A stretch of 64,000 nucleotides of DNA from Lama glama (taxonomy: Eukaryota), in the NCBI GenBank assembly GCA_028534125.1, contig CM052816.1:100442001-100506000 (forward strand), in the 5' to 3' direction. This document shows, piece after piece, positions 49,301-62,149 of the stretch (the stretch's first letter is position 1; every line of letters begins with the position of its first letter). The position numbers and the translations under genes were made by a program. Below the pieces are notes generated by a model. It ran no database searches, was not told the origin of the DNA, and saw nothing but the letters and a program-made list of their open reading frames with translations.

Positions 49301-52132
49301 AAGCACGATTACACTCAGGACAAGCTCAGCAAGTCCTCTGCAGGGTTCAATTCTAAAACTCATTTCACTGGGGACCAACGTATCACCGCAGGAAAGCCAT
49401 TAATTTACGTTGTTGATAAATCTTAGTTGATAAATGGACGTCCCCCCTACTATGGGAGACGCTTTTGCGATTTTGCTAAGATGATAAATGTTTCCTTTAA
49501 AACTTTTCAAAATGAGCTTGACTGTATCATACTCATAAATAAACATAATTTGTGTTTCTCTGATCATAGAAATGCATCCAGAAAAACATGCAATGATGTT
49601 AAAAAATTGGTCAGTATAGTGCTCTGAGATTTTTGGTACGCCTCAACTTCGTATAAGTTGCAAACTTTATGGTGTTATTTGCCTCAAAACAAATTGTTTT
49701 TTGGCTCAAATCTGTTGCTTTTGTGGCGGGAGGAAGATCGTGGCACTGGAGAGAATGGGGCCAAGTACAGCAGTTTTCCCCCGAGTAAAAGGTTTACCTT
49801 TGCCTGCAAAGTCCGAGCACAAAGAGCTAGGTCGCGCCCAGGAAAACACCGCGACACGGAAACCCCGGCAGGCTGCCGGGGCTGTGCCGCCCGCGGACCC
49901 GCGGCCTCTGCCTGTCACTGGGACTGGCTGCTTTCAACACTGTTGCTCTCCTTTAGTGTCTGAAGAAATGAAAGTTCATTCCAGAATTTAAATGGAAAAC
50001 AATTGCTTTAAAATCTCAACCCTGCCTTCCATCTTATAATCTTCCGTCCTTCAGCTTTCGTCTGAAAATTACATTATCATAGTCATGTTTTAGAAATGAC
50101 TTCCTTGATGTTCTCTGAAGTCAGATTCATAAAAATATAAAGATTAGGTAGGTCATGTTCCTAAAGGAAAAATTCAGGGTTCCCATTTTAACACATCCAA
50201 ACACTGGGGTTGTTCTTAGCTGCCTTGTATCCTTTTATGGAAAAAGTGTGGAATAAATAAACACACACACTGACACTTGTGAGCCGTTCCTTGCTAAGCG
50301 CTGTGTTGTTGGGCCTCGGGGCCCCCAGCACACGGCAGGCGCGTGCCGCTGCGTCTCGGGCTGCCCTTGCCTTGTGGGGGTGGTGGCATCCTCTGGCCGC
50401 CCTGCTCACTTCCCAGGGAGTGCAGGTGCCACTCTAGCGGCGGCAGAAGTCTTAGAGTTAATGATGCGTTTTGGCCGCAACACTGCACTCCATTCTGATC
50501 GGACCTCTTTTCAGTGTCGATTACTCAGAAGAGCAGGGGAATTATTATAAAACAGGATCAAATCTGGTTAGTGGCATTCATGGGCAGAATGGGGGGAGGG
50601 CATCACCAAAAGGTCCCAGGTTCTCACGGGGACGACTTTTCCCTGCAGTAAAGAAGCAGTCTGCTGAGCACAGGAAACACACACGCGCAGCGGGTCTCCC
50701 CGTTCAGGCCCGCCCTGGGCTGAAGCACGCAGACGGGGCAGGCTCTGGCTCAGGTGCTGAGATCCAGGGATGCTTACCGGGGAGCTCAGGGCATCAGCAG
50801 TGAGCGGCTGCCTGAGCGGTCAGGGACACAGATGCTGGAGCCAGGCTGCCCAAGTGCCACTGATGAGAGGCTGCAGGACCTTGGACCAGGCTGGGACCTC
50901 TTGCTGCCTCAGTCTCCCTCTGGAACCGGGATGATGCTGGAACCCACCGTGGCAGGTTTGTACTAAGGGTCAGAGGAGCCAGAGCTGTCAGTGCTAATAG
51001 CCAGACCCGGCTCTGGGGTCCACGTGGGTTTCCAGTAAGTCCACCCCCCACGGCCACGTGTTGGCTGCACCAGATCCTGGGCCCCGGAGGTAGAGCTGAT
51101 GAAGAGAAAGCTCGGTCTGTGTCCTCATAGCCGCCCGTGGCTCAGCGAGGGTCCCTGGGGGTCTTGGAGGCAGGTTCTTTACTCAGAAAAGTGGAGATGG
51201 TCCCGGGGGTGCCAGGTGTGTTGCAAAGATCGAGGTGCAGTGAGCAGAGAACAGCCCACTGTACCCAGGCCTGGCGAGCAGTGGGACAGACCTGTCACAT
51301 CTCTGGGTTCAGCACCCCTGGCTGGTCCTGGGTGGAAGAATTAAAAAGGGAGACTCCGATCTTAGAAGAAGTTCTCATAGAAAAATGTCCCAGGATCCTT
51401 TGAATAAGTCTGAAATACTCTGCAAAGTAATAGAAATCAGAGATACGATGCTGGCATCACGGAGACGTTAAGGACAATTTCGACTCCTCTGTGGGGGCGG
51501 AGTGCCCGCTTCCCACGCACTTCTCTTGTGGGTGTGCGTGGGGGGAGGGGCATGTGGAGTCCCTGCACCTCGCCAGCCTGGAGGAGGCGGTGAGGACTTC
51601 AGGATGCTACGTAGTGAAATAGAAGGCGTGTCAGGAAAATACGGGTCCAACCTATCCTCTGATATTGTAGGAAAAGCCAAAGCTGGGAAGTCATAAGGAG
51701 GCAGATTCCAATCAAGATAGTTTAGGAGACGCATCTTTTCTTTCCAGCAATCCGTGCTCCCCGCAAGAGGGGAGTTCTGACCCGCGGTGGTGGAGGTAGC
51801 TCAGCCACGTCACGCCAGGTGATGCTGCGACGCTGGTGAGAGGGTCTGTCGGCCCTTCCTTCCTGATGTGCGGAGCCGCCTGAGGATGGATTGGCAGAGA
51901 TGATTTGAAATTGCACGCTAATACTCTGGCCTGGGCAGGATTCTCAGTTTTCTGCCCTTCATGCCCGGCTTCATGACCTTGGGTTAGTACCATGAGGTAA
52001 TCATTTAATAACCACCTGCTTCACAGCGCAGATTAACGACATGCTTCCAGACACCCGGCTGATTCCTTGTCATAGTTTATGTCCAAGGATGGACGGCAGG
52101 GCTCATCACTTAAGGTGATTTTAAGCCATAAG

Positions 52133-52222
52133 TTTTCTTCTTTTTTTTTAATTGAAGTCCAGTCAGTCACAATGCGCCAATCTCGGGCGTACAGCACAGT
52201 GTCCCAGTCATGCATACACAAC
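52133..52222 (-). mobile_element. Very short 5'-truncated L1 tail (~90 bp)
   Basis: ttttttttttaattgaagtccagtcagtcacaatgcgccaatctcgggcgtacagcacagtgtcccagtcatgcatac is the L1 3' terminus. Degenerate flanking repeat aagttttcttcttt / aaggcttcttcttt. Confidence 0.8.
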
Positions 52223-52370
52223 AAGGCTTCTTCTTTTTTAAATGAAGACTGAAAAATTCATGCAAATTTACATTTGTTTACAAGTGGATCAGTGCCTTTG
52301 AAGTATGTATTTACAAACACTTCCAACCCTTGCACTGTTTTTCCAATAAAACAAAATGTTGTTTAAAAAA

Positions 52371-52454
52371 GGAGGGCGCAGCTCAGCGGTAGAGCACATC
52401 CCTAGCGTGCACGAGGTCCTGGCTTCAGTCCTCAGCACCTGCATTTAAAAAAAA
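52371..52454 (+). mobile_element. tRNA-Ala-derived SINE (vic-1-like), diverged
   Basis: ggagggcgcagctcagcggtagagcacatccctagcgtgcacgaggtcctggcttcagtcctcagcacctgca followed by poly-A. Confidence 0.88.
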
Positions 52455-53369
52455 TGTTAGCTTCCAGCAGTAACGTTTCTGATCTTGAACTAAAGAGAAA
52501 CACTTTTGAATTCTGAATACTTGGCCTGACGTAGAGCAAAATTCAGACTGGCCAGAGCCGAAATTTCAGCATGGGTCCTGACCAGTTGCCCTGAGCAAGC
52601 TCCTTGCTCCTGAATTTTCAGGTCTATGGGCCTGATGTGCAGAAAATCACACTGGGCACGGCTCCTGGCGATTGCTGGTCTGTGCTTCCCTCTCGACCCC
52701 GTGTCACTGCCTCAGCTGGAGTTCAGTCGGAGAGCTCATATCCATCTGGAAATCAGCTTCCTTTACACTTCTTAAAACCGACAGCAGGTGTGAATGGCAC
52801 CTAACTAATTCTCTGAGTTGCTGAAAATCATCATAATTTGGATAGCTGAGATTCAGAAAAGAATTAAAATCTTGCAAATTCTCAAAGAATGAAAGACTCC
52901 ACGTTTAAAAGCTTAAAATGCTTGCTGAATAATTTCCCGTTACTTAGGGATTCACAGGCGCAGAAAATCAGGTGGTCTAAGAAACTAGGAGGCTATAACC
53001 TGCTTCCGGGGGGCATGGAATCGCCGTCAGTATCAGCTGTGTCTGCTCGTGGACAGTCACCGTGGAATGAAACAGGTGCCCAGGCTGATGTCCCAAGTAA
53101 TCCGGGGGCACAGATTCCTCTCGGCAGTTCCAGAGCTCAGTGAGACTTTGGTGTTTTTGCATGTTGGGCTGGAAGTGAACACTGATGTGATTGGTCACCG
53201 TGCTTAGGGGGACCCAGGAGAGCCCCCACTTTCCAGCTAGCTATCTGGGGCTGCAGAAGAGCTGATGTCAGCATGTGTCACTCAGTACCCACATGTCCCA
53301 CTGATAAATCCACTGACAGAATCTGATCTGGGGATTTCTGCCACTGACCTCAGTTGGGAGAGAGGTGAC

Positions 53370-53557
53370 TTTTTAAAAATAAATCTAACCTTTAAAAAAA
53401 TTCATTTATTTGTGCAATCATTGGACAGATATTTTTTGTGGGGGGAGGAGGTAAGTAAGATTTTTTTTACTTATCTTTTTAGTGGAGGTTCGGGGCATTG
53501 AACCCAGGACCTTGTGCACCCTAAGCCTGTACTCCACCTCTGAGCAATACCCTCTCC
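53370..53557 (-). mobile_element. tRNA-Ala-derived SINE (vic-1-like), long-tail form
   Basis: The reverse complement reads GGAGAGGGTATTGCTCAGAGGTGGAGTACAGGCTTAGGGTGCACAAGGTCCTGGGTTCAATGCCCCGAACCTCCA, then a tail with cttacctcctccccc like the 10550 copy. Partial TSD gagaggtga / gagaagtga. Confidence 0.88.
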
Positions 53558-53714
53558 TGAGAAGTGAGATCTTGACCTGCGAGGTGACCATGCCCCTGCA
53601 GACCTGGGATCCAGACCCGGGTTCCCCATCTGGCCACTTCACCTGCCAGGGCTCATCCCTTCCTGGTGATGTTGGGACGTTAGGCCACTTCTCAGTGGTT
53701 CCCTTGAGCACCGT

Positions 53715-53837
53715 GATTTACTCAACAGCCACCATGACGCACTTCCTCTGTGCAGGCGCTGTTCCAGGCCCCAAGGACACATCCAGAAAGCACGTGCTTG
53801 AAAACTCCTGCCCTGGCCCAGCTCACACGAACTAGAC
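53715..53837 (-). mobile_element. L2 3'-end remnant
   Basis: atttactcaaca...ctgtgcaggcgctgttccaggccccaaggacaca...cctgccctggcccagctcaca...ctaga resembles the antisense L2 tail. Confidence 0.6.
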
Positions 53838-55854
53838 TCAACCCGTCAGCAACCTCTGGGCAACCTCTTTCCTCGGTCAGCTCACAGGGACAGCACCTGT
53901 TTATTTCCAAAGTCCATGTGATTCTTCTCTGATTAGAAAGGGGGCGATGGCACTTCCTCTACCCGTCAGCGTCACGGGTGTCTGTTGTGTGCTGTGTGCT
54001 CCCAGAGGGAGTTCACACCCCCCGTTTCTATTTTTCCACCCGTTCTGGAAAATGTACTTTAGAACCTGCTAGTATTACAGAATCATTGCAGTTTTAACAC
54101 TTTATGTAAGCAGTCTGATTTTGCAAGATTGGCTTGGACTATTTCATTATTTTATAGAGGATATAAGAATGACTGCGCTTTAATCCGTCCCACCAGAGGT
54201 ATCACTGACCACCAGTCTTTTCTCCTGATACCTCCTCTCTTTTTTCAAGTTACTGTCATGAAGAAATCTCTCTGCACCTCGACTCCAGGGACGTCTCCAT
54301 GTAAGGGTTTAGGGTGGGCACAGCTGTGGTACATGGCCTGAAACCTGGCATTATTGAGCTCACGTGTGTTTAACAGAAATTTGAACCCTTTTGGGGGTGT
54401 GATCAGACTCTTTGAAACTATGTTTTAGCCCCCAGATTGGAAGTTTTGCTATATTTCCTTCTGGCATCCACATTACAGATAAAAAGTCTGAGGGAAGGTC
54501 ATTTCCGTCCCTTTAGAAAATGATAATACACAGTATCTTGTTTTTCTTCAGGGAAAATGAGTGCAGTTTCTCTGTGTTTTCATCATCTAAAAGAATCACC
54601 AGGAAATCACCAAATACACACCAGTCATTATTCATACCTTAGTGACTAGAATGCTCCCCAAATCCAGGAACTGTGGCCAGTTGCTCACAATGATATGATA
54701 GTAGTTTTCTTCTAGTGTTTCCTTCATGATTATTTCTGCTCTGCCTTTTTTTTTTTTTCTTCATTGGCAGATCTGTGGGGATATATTGGCTGAAAATTAC
54801 TGATGACTTGCCTCAAAGTGGGTTCAATAAGTAGGGCTTATGTGTCTCCCAGGGCGGGTCCCGGCTGTGTTCAGGAGCCCAGCCTCCAACACTGACCTAA
54901 CACCTGGGCAAGAGGGGCCTTGGCAATGGGGGGGCCTCTCCTGCCCAACTCCTCTGTGCGGCCCCTTGTGTGAAAAGCTGCCCCCAGGAGTCAAGGGATC
55001 CTTGAATTCCTGCCCAGAGAGCTCTGAGACCCTTCTGTGGCCCATGCGGGCCTCTCCCAGGCCTCAATTTCTCAAGGGCAGGCCACGCCCACCTGAAGGA
55101 TGGTGGCAGGGTGACTTGGACGGGTGTGTCTCAGGTTTAGAAATGCATGCTGGGATATTCATGGGTGAAGACAGACCACAGCAGGAGAGCAGGCAGGAGG
55201 GGGCCTCAGCCAAGCTCCACGGAGCCACCAGGCTGTGGTTCCACTGGCTGTGAAGGTGTATGACACAGCGGCAGGACAAACCCTCTTTTGTTTTCGTTAT
55301 CAAGAGTGTTGACTTGATTGATAACTTTTTCCTATTGAGACACATGGGGTGTCGGCAGTATGAGAACTGGCACCTACCAGCTGGCAAGATGCTGTTGTAA
55401 GCTTTTTTTTTTTTGCAAAGCAAAATAGTTTTTTTTTTTTGACAAACAACATTCATTCATTTAATTTTTATTCTCTAATGAAACATTAACCAACAAGGAT
55501 ATATTCTTTGAAAATAAAGAAGGAACGTTCAAGGGACTTTTACAAACTTTTTATGTTCTTCTGTTTGGTTGCAACATGTGAATGTATTATATATTATTTC
55601 TTGGCAAATATAATTTTGTCAGAGCCCAGAGTACCACACTTCAAGAAAGTAATCAACATTTATACATGTTTTTAGTTTCTATGAGAAGAAAAAAATGTTT
55701 ATAAGAAATTGCAAACAATTTTCCAAGAGTCTCTGTTTTACTACTCTACAAATAAAGCATTAAATGGACATATGGTTGTGCTATGACCTCTTAAACTATA
55801 ATAAAATTTTTGGTCATTCATACAGTCATTTAGAAGGCTCAGGGTATTTTAATG

Positions 55855-56324
55855 TATTTTTTAACTTTTTTTTATTGAGTTATAGTCATTTTACAACGTT
55901 GTGTCAAATTCCAGTGTAGAGCACAATTTTTCAGTTATACATAATTCATTGTCACATTCTCTTTCACTGTGAGCCACCACAAGATCCTGTATATATTTCC
56001 CTGTGCTACACAGTGCAATCTTGTTTATCTATTCTACATTTTGAACCCCCAGTCCCTTCCTACCCCCCACCCCCTAGGCAACCACAAGTTTGTATTCTAT
56101 GTCTATGAGTCTGTTTCTCTTTTGTATTTTTTTGTTTTGTTTTGTTTTGTTTTGTTTTAGCTTCTGCATATGAGCGATCTCATATGGTATTTTTCTCTCT
56201 CTTCCTGGCTTACTTCACTTAGAATGACATTCTCCAGGAGCATCCATGTTGCTGCAAATGGCGTTATGTTGTCAGTTTTTATGGCTGAATAGTATTCCAT
56301 TGTATAAATATACCCCATCTTCTT
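55855..56324 (-). mobile_element. Relatively young camelid L1 3' end with ORF2p C-terminal coding remnant
   Basis: ORF 56157-56384(-) ends KKMGYIYTMEYYSAIKTDNITPFAATWMLLENVILSEVSQEEREKYHMRSLICRS*, matching the L1 ORF2p C-terminus (human KKMWHIYTMEYYAAIKNDEF...). The 3' UTR and poly-A follow. Confidence 0.93.
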
Positions 56325-56384
56325 TGTTGTAACCTTTTTATGCATTTTGTAAACCATCAGCAGCTTTGAACTGGCTGGGAGCAT

Positions 56385-56730
56385 TTATATCACAGAAAAC
56401 GGCAAACACTCAAAACCAGGTGTTATCCCCAGAGAACTGGCTGTTGGATTTCACCAGCACATTGGGACCCGAGGCCCCCTTTCCCCTCTTCTCCAGCTGC
56501 ACGTGTTAGGATGGGCCTGTCAGGTGTGATCTGTGTGAGTTACCTGCTGGCTTCGGTCCTCTTTGCTGCCTCCTGGTCACAGCATGGCTGCTGCAGCATC
56601 TTCGAGCATGCTCCAAGCAGGAAGGAGAAGGGAGCGGGGGGGGGTGCTGTGTCATCAAAGGCCCCCACCTCCCTGTAGACTTGTGTTTCATCGGCTGAGC
56701 CGTGTGTCTGCCTTAGCTGCCGGGGGGCTC
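56385..56730. mobile_element. MaLR LTR remnant (MLT1K/L-like)
   Basis: ctggtcacagcatggctgctgcagc...gtagacttg...tcatcggctgagccgtgtgtc...ccttagctgc resembles MLT1K/L. Diverged. Confidence 0.5.
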
Positions 56731-56829
56731 CAAAACTGACCCCTCTTCTGTCCTCCTGACATGTGGAGGCAGGGTGGCCAGGAGAAGCAGGGACTGGGCC
56801 AGCCCACAGTGCCTGCTGCAGGGTCCCTG

Positions 56830-57215
56830 CCTCTGGATCACACTGGAAACCTGACTCAAACCCCCTCCTTCACATTCCAGGAATGTGGGTTTGGGACAAA
56901 AAGATTCAGAGATGTGCGGACTGTCCCCCTGAAAGTAGGGGACAAGGTTGTGGACTGAGGCAGCTGCAGCCTGGCCATCGTCCCCCATGTGCGAATGTGC
57001 AGAGGTGGCCAGGCCACAGGTGGGAGGAAGGACAGTGACCCAGATGACACACATCCATGCAGGGACCGGCCGAGAGCTCACGCCTCCCTTCCAGCTGCTG
57101 GTCTGGGATTACGTCTGTGAAGTTCCCAGGCCACCCTGATTCTTTACAATAAATTATTCATTTTATCTTAGTCTAACCTAATTTGGTCTCTGTTATTAGC
57201 AATAAAAGTTATTTG
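56830..57215 (+). mobile_element. ERVL/MaLR LTR remnant (LTR33/LTR16-like 3' part)
   Basis: caataaattattcattttatcttagtctaacctaatttggtctctgttattagcaataaaag resembles the conserved LTR33/LTR16/MLT1 terminus. Confidence 0.5.
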
Positions 57216-57869
57216 AGTTAATTATTTTTTAAAAAATGGAGGCAGATTTAGATTGTCTTTATGCAGAATACGTTAACTCTTACAAATACTTGGAATTCAT
57301 TTAAAACTATTTGATGGAGTTAACAATGCTTTCCGCTCTATCCTAAGGAAAGAAGAACACAAAGTGACGGAAGTCATGTGGCATGTCATCCAAGTAAGAC
57401 GGGGAGTCTCGGCTTCAGAGGAAAACCTCTAACTGCCAAAACCTTTCAGGGAGATCTTACAAAGTTTCGTGAGGAACGCAATGTGCTGGTAACAGGGAGG
57501 GAAAGTGCCCGTTTTCCATGTTTAAGGCTAAGACTGGAAGGAAACTGAGAGAACTTCACACCTGCCTCCGGGCAAGACTGCGGTGAGCGCGCAGCGCGGA
57601 GACGGGCAGGCCTGACTGCGTGCGCGTCCGCACAGCCCACGCCCGCGGCTGCAAGACAGTTTCCGTATCGAGGCAGACTTACATCTCATCTACGTTTGCA
57701 GTAACTTGTCCTCACCTAACGCCGTGATAGTTCTGACCACTGAGAGGTCACATGGCACACTTTGAATCACAGTTCAAATTGGTGGTGGTTTTTGACGGAT
57801 TACTGGGTGAGCGCTTCAGGTAACAGGGGGCCCCCGGGGGAGGCGCCCTCAGGCTGCTCGGGAGGCAGG

Positions 57870-59490
57870 CGGTGGAGCTGCCTCGAAGCCCGAACCTCGG
57901 TGGGAGAGTGAGCCTCAGCAGAGGGGCACAGCCCTCCCAGGAGCACACGTGGGGCCCGGCTGCGGGTGACCACGTCTCAGCCGAGGCCCGCCCCCACGGG
58001 GCGCTTGGGAGTGGCTGGTCCTTTCCTTTCCCCAGCCCCCGCCGCTCTAAGGGGGTGACGTTAGTGGCTTCGTGGACGCGAGTCATACGGGGCCGGGCCG
58101 AGCGCAGGGTGCGCGCCGGGCCGGGGAGGACCCAGGCTGCGTGTCCGAGCGAGCTCTCGCCAGAGGATGCATGTCCCCTTGGACTCCACGACTCGTGTGT
58201 CGGAGTCCTGGGGGCTCAGTAATCTGGGAAATATGGTTAGTTCGGAAGGCAAATAAGCGAGGAACTTGGCAAAGTGATACAACAAGGAAGGGCCCGCCAT
58301 ATCCAAACGCCTGTGCGCCGGCGCCGCGCTTCCACCCGGCAGCCCGAGGGCGGGCTCTCGGAGGACCCCGTGCCGGAGGGACCGGCGGGCGGGCCTGGCG
58401 CTGTTTAATCTCGCCGGTGATGCGGCTACAGGAGACGCGGGTCCACCAAGGGATCAGACAGAGGGAGCGGAGGAAGGCCCGCAAGCGCCTGTTAGCGGCG
58501 ACCTACGCAGACCCACAAAACCGACGGCTCGGCGCGGTCGCAGCGGTTTAGCGGAGGGAGAGCGGCCTCTCCCGGCACAGCCGGCCCCGCCCGGGGCTGC
58601 AGGCCCCAACCCACCCGCTGCAGCCTCGCTGGCCTGGGTGCGTTGGCCGCGCGCCACGCATCATCCCCCGCGGGAGGCTGTGCTTCATTTCAGGCTGGCT
58701 GTCAAGACGCTTTTTGCTTTGTTCCGCTTCATATGGGAAACAAAGGGGTGCAGATGCGCGAGCATGGCGAGTGGGTGGTCTTCAAGCCACTGAGACAGAA
58801 ATTCAACCTGGGTTCCAAGGAGATGAACTCCTTCCAGGGCAGAAGGCTTTCCAAATAACTTACGTCAGGGGAGCGAGTATAACGACCTAACTATGCCCCG
58901 TGAGGCACTTTGTTTGTAGAGAGGAGACCAGACGCACAAAGACTGCTGTGTGGAAGGACGTGCGACTGGGCGGAAGGTGGATGCGGATGCCGGGGGTGGT
59001 GCGAGGGCTGGTGTCCGTGTCACCGTGAACTCCAAAGGCGGGGCTTGACTGGACACATTGCGGGAGGGCGCTGGTGCTCGTCGCGGCAGATTCGAGATGC
59101 CCCTGGACTCTTCTGCACGACCCTCACCGAGAGGTGACGTCTCGTCCCCTCCCCTGGGTGACGGGCAGGTTTAGTGACCCATCGAATGTGGCAGAAGCTC
59201 CCCGGCCTCCGTGTCATCACGGCGCACTCTCTGGGGTGGCTTTGAGCCACCGCAGAAGCAGCTGGAATAGCTGGAGGCTGTCTCGCCAGAGAGCCCCTGA
59301 GCAAGACTCAGGGGACGGTCTCGGCCGCGCCCAGCCTTCCAGCGGCCCCCGCGCGGATTCCAGGTGTGTGAGGCTGGCTACCTTGGGCCCTGCAGGTCTT
59401 TCAGGCGAGCGCCGCCGGCCTCAGCCCGCATCGCATGGACCGGGCTGGGCCCCGCCCGAGCTCCTGGCCCTGGCACGGTGCCCCGCGGTA
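57870..59490. promoter_or_regulatory. CpG-island-like region
   Basis: The longest CpG-dense stretch in the window (e.g. 58060-58680: gcgccggcgccgcgc, cggcgggcggg, ggcgcggtcgcagcgg), with GC boxes and no recognisable repeats. Confidence 0.6.
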
Positions 59491-59744
59491 TAAACCAGTG
59501 GTGGTTGTCACCTGCTAAACCGGGTCCTTTGTTGCCCAGCAGCGGATAACTGGACACGCAGCACTAGCCCACTTCCAAGATTTCATTGGTTCTCTGGGCT
59601 TGGCACGTGATTTGCCAGGCTCTACACCTGGATTTAACCAGGATGAGTCAGGGCCCCTAGTGTGCCCCCTTGTCTGTGGGCAGGTGCTGCGCAGAGTCGC
59701 TCAGAAAGTTACAGAGCGCTGTGGGCGTGACGGTCTAGCGGCGT

Positions 59745-59886
59745 GGTGACCTTGGGCACGTTACTGACGCTCCCTTTAGCTTACTGGTCTGTGCGCGGAG
59801 AAGAGTGGTTTCCACCTCGAAGGACTGAAGGAGTGCTGGGGGATTATATGGGATTGTTTGCAAAATGCCTGGCATCATAAAAAGCC
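59745..59886 (+). mobile_element. MIR remnant
   Basis: gtgaccttgggcacgttact...ccacctc...ggattatatgggat...tgcctggcatcataaaaagc follows the MIR core and 3' consensus. Confidence 0.65.
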
Positions 59887-60129
59887 AAAGGCTTTGTGAA
59901 AGGAACAACAGGAATTGTCTGCGGAGCAGTTCTTTCCCCACATGAAGGGCACCCCTGTCTACATAGTGGGCACTTTAATTCCTGGCAGCATTAAAGTTCG
60001 GGGTTCCTGTATGATGTTTTCTCCAAGCATTCATGTCAGTTCACCATCAAAGCAACGAGGGTCACGTAATGAATAATTCATGGGAGGATGGTATCAGTGC
60101 CCGAAGTGCTTCCGTGTCCCCCCACGTTG

Positions 60130-60215
60130 AAAACTCTATTTTGCAAATGAGAAATATGAGCCAACAAGGTGAGTGTTGGTAAGTCTTTCAGTGATCACTA
60201 GTAAACAGCAAGGAA
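60130..60215 (-). mobile_element. MIR core remnant
   Basis: ctctattttgcaaatgagaaatatgag...tgatcactagtaa resembles the antisense MIR core (cccattttacagatgaggaaactgag). Confidence 0.45.
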
Positions 60216-62149
60216 TCATTTACTCTACTGTAATCATAAGCTCTTAAAAAAACTTATAAAGTTGTAATACTGTTATTTGAGCATCAGAATTTTTATGGGC
60301 TCCAATTATCTTCTGTGCGCTGAGACTGGATCGCAGCCACATGGAACACTGGGCAGGTCAGAGCGGGGCGTGGCCGCTCTCACACTCGTCCCTCCAGTGA
60401 GAGGCTTGCGGCTCCGGAAGATGAAGGCTCTGCTGGCTTAGTAACAGCATCCCGCCCACGTCCCCGGCGTCGCCTGGAGCTTCTCTGTTGGCAGAGCTGT
60501 GTGAGTTCTTTCTGGGAGAGGAACGCTGTGTCCCACCTCAGCCTACAGGGAGGAGGGGGAGGGCAGATTGTGGAGAAGTTTCCAGAAAGACAAAGACAGA
60601 GGGAAGCTCACAGAGCCGCCCCTGCAGGCCGTTCCAGGAGGCAGCGAGCAGTCGGCCTGGGCGACCAGACGGCGCTGGAGTGCCTGTGGGTCCTCCGGGA
60701 TGGCTGGTCTCCAGCCGGCCTGGCGGGGGTCCGGGCTGCTGGGCGGTGAGACAGCACAGAGGAGGGCAGTGATGGGAGCTTCTCAGGAGGTGTGAGCGTG
60801 AAGGAAGGGGAGGGGGACTGCTCTTACTGAGCAGAGGGAGCATTTGTCTCTGAAGATGAGAAAGGGGTTTCTTCCGCCCGGAATAAAAGGATGGAGGAAA
60901 AGTAGAGGCAGGTGAGTGACGATGAACTGACGGTGTTAGGTGGTTAGGCGAGTGGGGGCACCGGGCAGACAGGTAGGGGAGGGGGAGGAGGGTCCGGAAG
61001 ACGGTGCTATGCCCACCTCCAGCACAGAGGGGCTTTACTTCTAAATGACACCAGCAAGAAACGGGTTGGAACCCGACAGCCATGGCTGCGCGGTAGCAGA
61101 AGGGACCTAAACGGACACAACCCAGTGCTCTTTGTATTATTATCAGCACGGCGGTTCAGGCCCCCACCCCGCTGCGGGGTTTTCTGTGGATGCTGTGGGT
61201 AAGAACACGTGCAAAGGGGCCAATGTGACTGAGCCCTCTGGGACGAGAGCCAACAAGCCATCAGTCAGTCAAGAGACCCTCTAAGCGGGGGTGCAGGAGA
61301 AGGGGAGACACAGGCCACTGCCTTCCTCCCTTGGATCAGCCTGCCTCCTGTTCTTGGGGGTGTAATTTTCCCCTTTTTATATAAATCTTTTAAAATCTTT
61401 CGGTACACAATGCACTATCTCCCAGCTGTAAACTTATCTTTCTGGTGTGACAAGAACTGGATTTTTTTCCTTTTGGGGGGAGACAGTGGGACTGGGGTCA
61501 GGGTCTCTGGGGGGCTCGCTGGGCTGCCATGGGGCACCATGCCCTGGTTTCCTGTGTGAAGCCATCCCCGCTCTCCACTCTGCTTCAGTCCGCAGGGCCC
61601 TGAGGTCCCACCTGGTGCCTGCTTTGATCACGGCTCCCCACCTGGCATCCTGCTCCCAGACATCACATTGGGGCCCCACCACACACACACAGGGGTTGCT
61701 GGGTCACGGTTCTTTCTCCTGCATCGGCCCTTGGCTCGCGGGGCTGTGATGAGGTCAGGGAAGTCTCTGTAGATGAGGAGGGACAGCGAGGCCTGGGGGC
61801 TCGCGCCTGGATCCTCTGTGCTTGGGCTACAGGCAAGAGTCAGGAGCAGATTTTATGTCTCATCAACTCACTTTTCTCCTCCTTCTCCAGAAACCTGCGC
61901 TAAGAGGTCAAGGTCACATAAAGTGAGTGGGTACCACGGTCCCTTCTCTCCACCATCTTTTCCCTCTTGTTGGAGAGATAACTTTGTGCATTAAATGGGG
62001 CAAGTCTGAGTGAGCTCCGGGCAGGGTGGAGTGACAGGGACCCTTAGGACTTTGGAGAAGGAGGTGGGGTTGGGAGGCGGGGCCATAAACACAGTGGGGA
62101 CCAGGGCCCTGGGCGGTGGAGGGGGCCCCTGAGGGGCTTGGGTTGGGGT

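Noticed and set aside
56157..56384. 75-aa ORF with a recognisable protein match
   Set aside because: It is only the C-terminus of L1 ORF2p in a 5'-truncated copy; the N-terminal part is unrelated flanking DNA.
944..59650. Apparent abundance of AP-1 sites (TGA[C/G]TCA seen at 944, 4961, 5405, 7807, 15136, 22444, 23585, 44099, 56852, 59644)
   Set aside because: About 8 are expected by chance in 64 kb under uniform base composition, so 10 found by eye is not a meaningful enrichment.
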